Below are positions 63,049 to 64,000 of a stretch of 64,000 nt of DNA, piece by piece. The position numbers and the translations under genes are program-made. The notes beneath the pieces were generated by a model, which had not been told where the DNA came from, searched no databases, and worked only from the letters and a program-made list of their open reading frames with translations. Source of the DNA: Hormiphora californensis (Eukaryota; Animalia; Ctenophora); NCBI GenBank assembly GCA_020137815.1, contig CM035359.1, positions 5,456,001-5,520,000 on the forward strand. The letters run 5' to 3'. Every line of letters starts with the position of its first letter. Position 1 is the stretch's first letter.

Positions 63049-64000
63049 TTTGAGGTTCTATGAGGTTCTGTGAGGTTCTGTGAAAACATTTTATTGGACA
63101 ATTTCCAACCCCCGTGACTGAGTTAGTAAATCTAGTAACTTGATAAGGACTGTTTAAACGACAGACATATATTGAATTATACAACTGGATTTTTGATTTA
63201 TTATTATTACGACTGTGAAATTTTCTCTTGACTGACATCTGTGTGTGTTGTGTGTGTTTTTTGCCGCATTATGATGTGTATGTAGAATAATATAATTTGA
63301 GGGCCAGAAGTTGGAGTCAGGAGTGGAGAGAGAGTGTGTATGAGAGAAATAATGTGTGTGTGAGAGCTAGAGAGAGAGAAATATAGGAATTAGAGCTAGA
63401 AACGGAGATAGCAGGGAATCTGAAGCTGTGTTTTCGACCTTCTGCCAATTTTGAATTTAAAAAAGTCAAGAGGGAAATTAAGAGATAGATTTAGTGACTG
63501 TGAGAGAGAAAATGCAGAGAAAGTGAGATAATAATTATATTCGTTTATGAGTAAGAGAGAGAGAATATATGTATTCATTTATTTCAACGCCGTTTCTTTA
63601 AAGGGGTTTTTACAGCAATTTCTAATGAATAACATTATTTACACATTATCTTATTTTTTTGTTAGTTGAAAATTGGTTTAGAAGTTTTGTAGGTACAAAG
63701 TCCGCAAAAGATGAGCTTTTTCCAGGTTATATCACAACGATTTATTCTGTCCGTCTGTGTGTGTTAATATATGTATCTGTGTCATGTGTGTGTATGTAAA
63801 TTAATCCACTATGTATTTGGTTGCTTTTTTTCACAAAAGAATTGCTCCGTTTTTCTTTGTTTAACTGTTTCCTACAAAAGTTCGTTCTAAATTGAGCCAC
63901 TCCTCTCTCCTTTTCAGAGCTATGAAGAGCGTTACAAAAATGAGAGAAAGCACACACATCTATAAATCAGAGAAAGCATCAGGTGTTGACCCCCCTCAGA

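Overview
Intron-rich, repeat-dense animal genomic DNA; most of the supplied ORF track is noise, so gene models were rebuilt by hand from GT-AG boundaries and reading phase. Genes in order: beta-tubulin (+, 89-1807) followed by a decayed tubulin fragment; a two-pore-domain K+ channel (-, 3106 to at least 6023) whose second filter reads CVGFG; a PNT-like + ETS transcription factor (+, 13789-30265); an Aa_trans (SLC32/36/38-type) amino-acid transporter (-, 31056-34679); an ankyrin-repeat protein (+, 38949-45456); and a tightly packed same-strand cluster made of an unknown 264-aa ORF, two tandem CatSper3-like channel subunits and JARID2 (+, 50579-63048). Introns and intergenic DNA are full of MITEs and foldbacks (pogo/Tc1-, hAT-, Harbinger- and piggyBac-like, plus tiny TTGGT...ACCAA elements with 9-bp TSDs), minisatellites and (AG)n tracts. 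Two MITEs resemble repeats I recall from Pleurobrachia gene models, so a ctenophore source is plausible but unverified. About 57000-58600 and 9000-9150 look like uncorrected long-read sequence. No CRISPR array, rRNA or tRNA was seen. All family assignments rest on motif recognition, not database searches.
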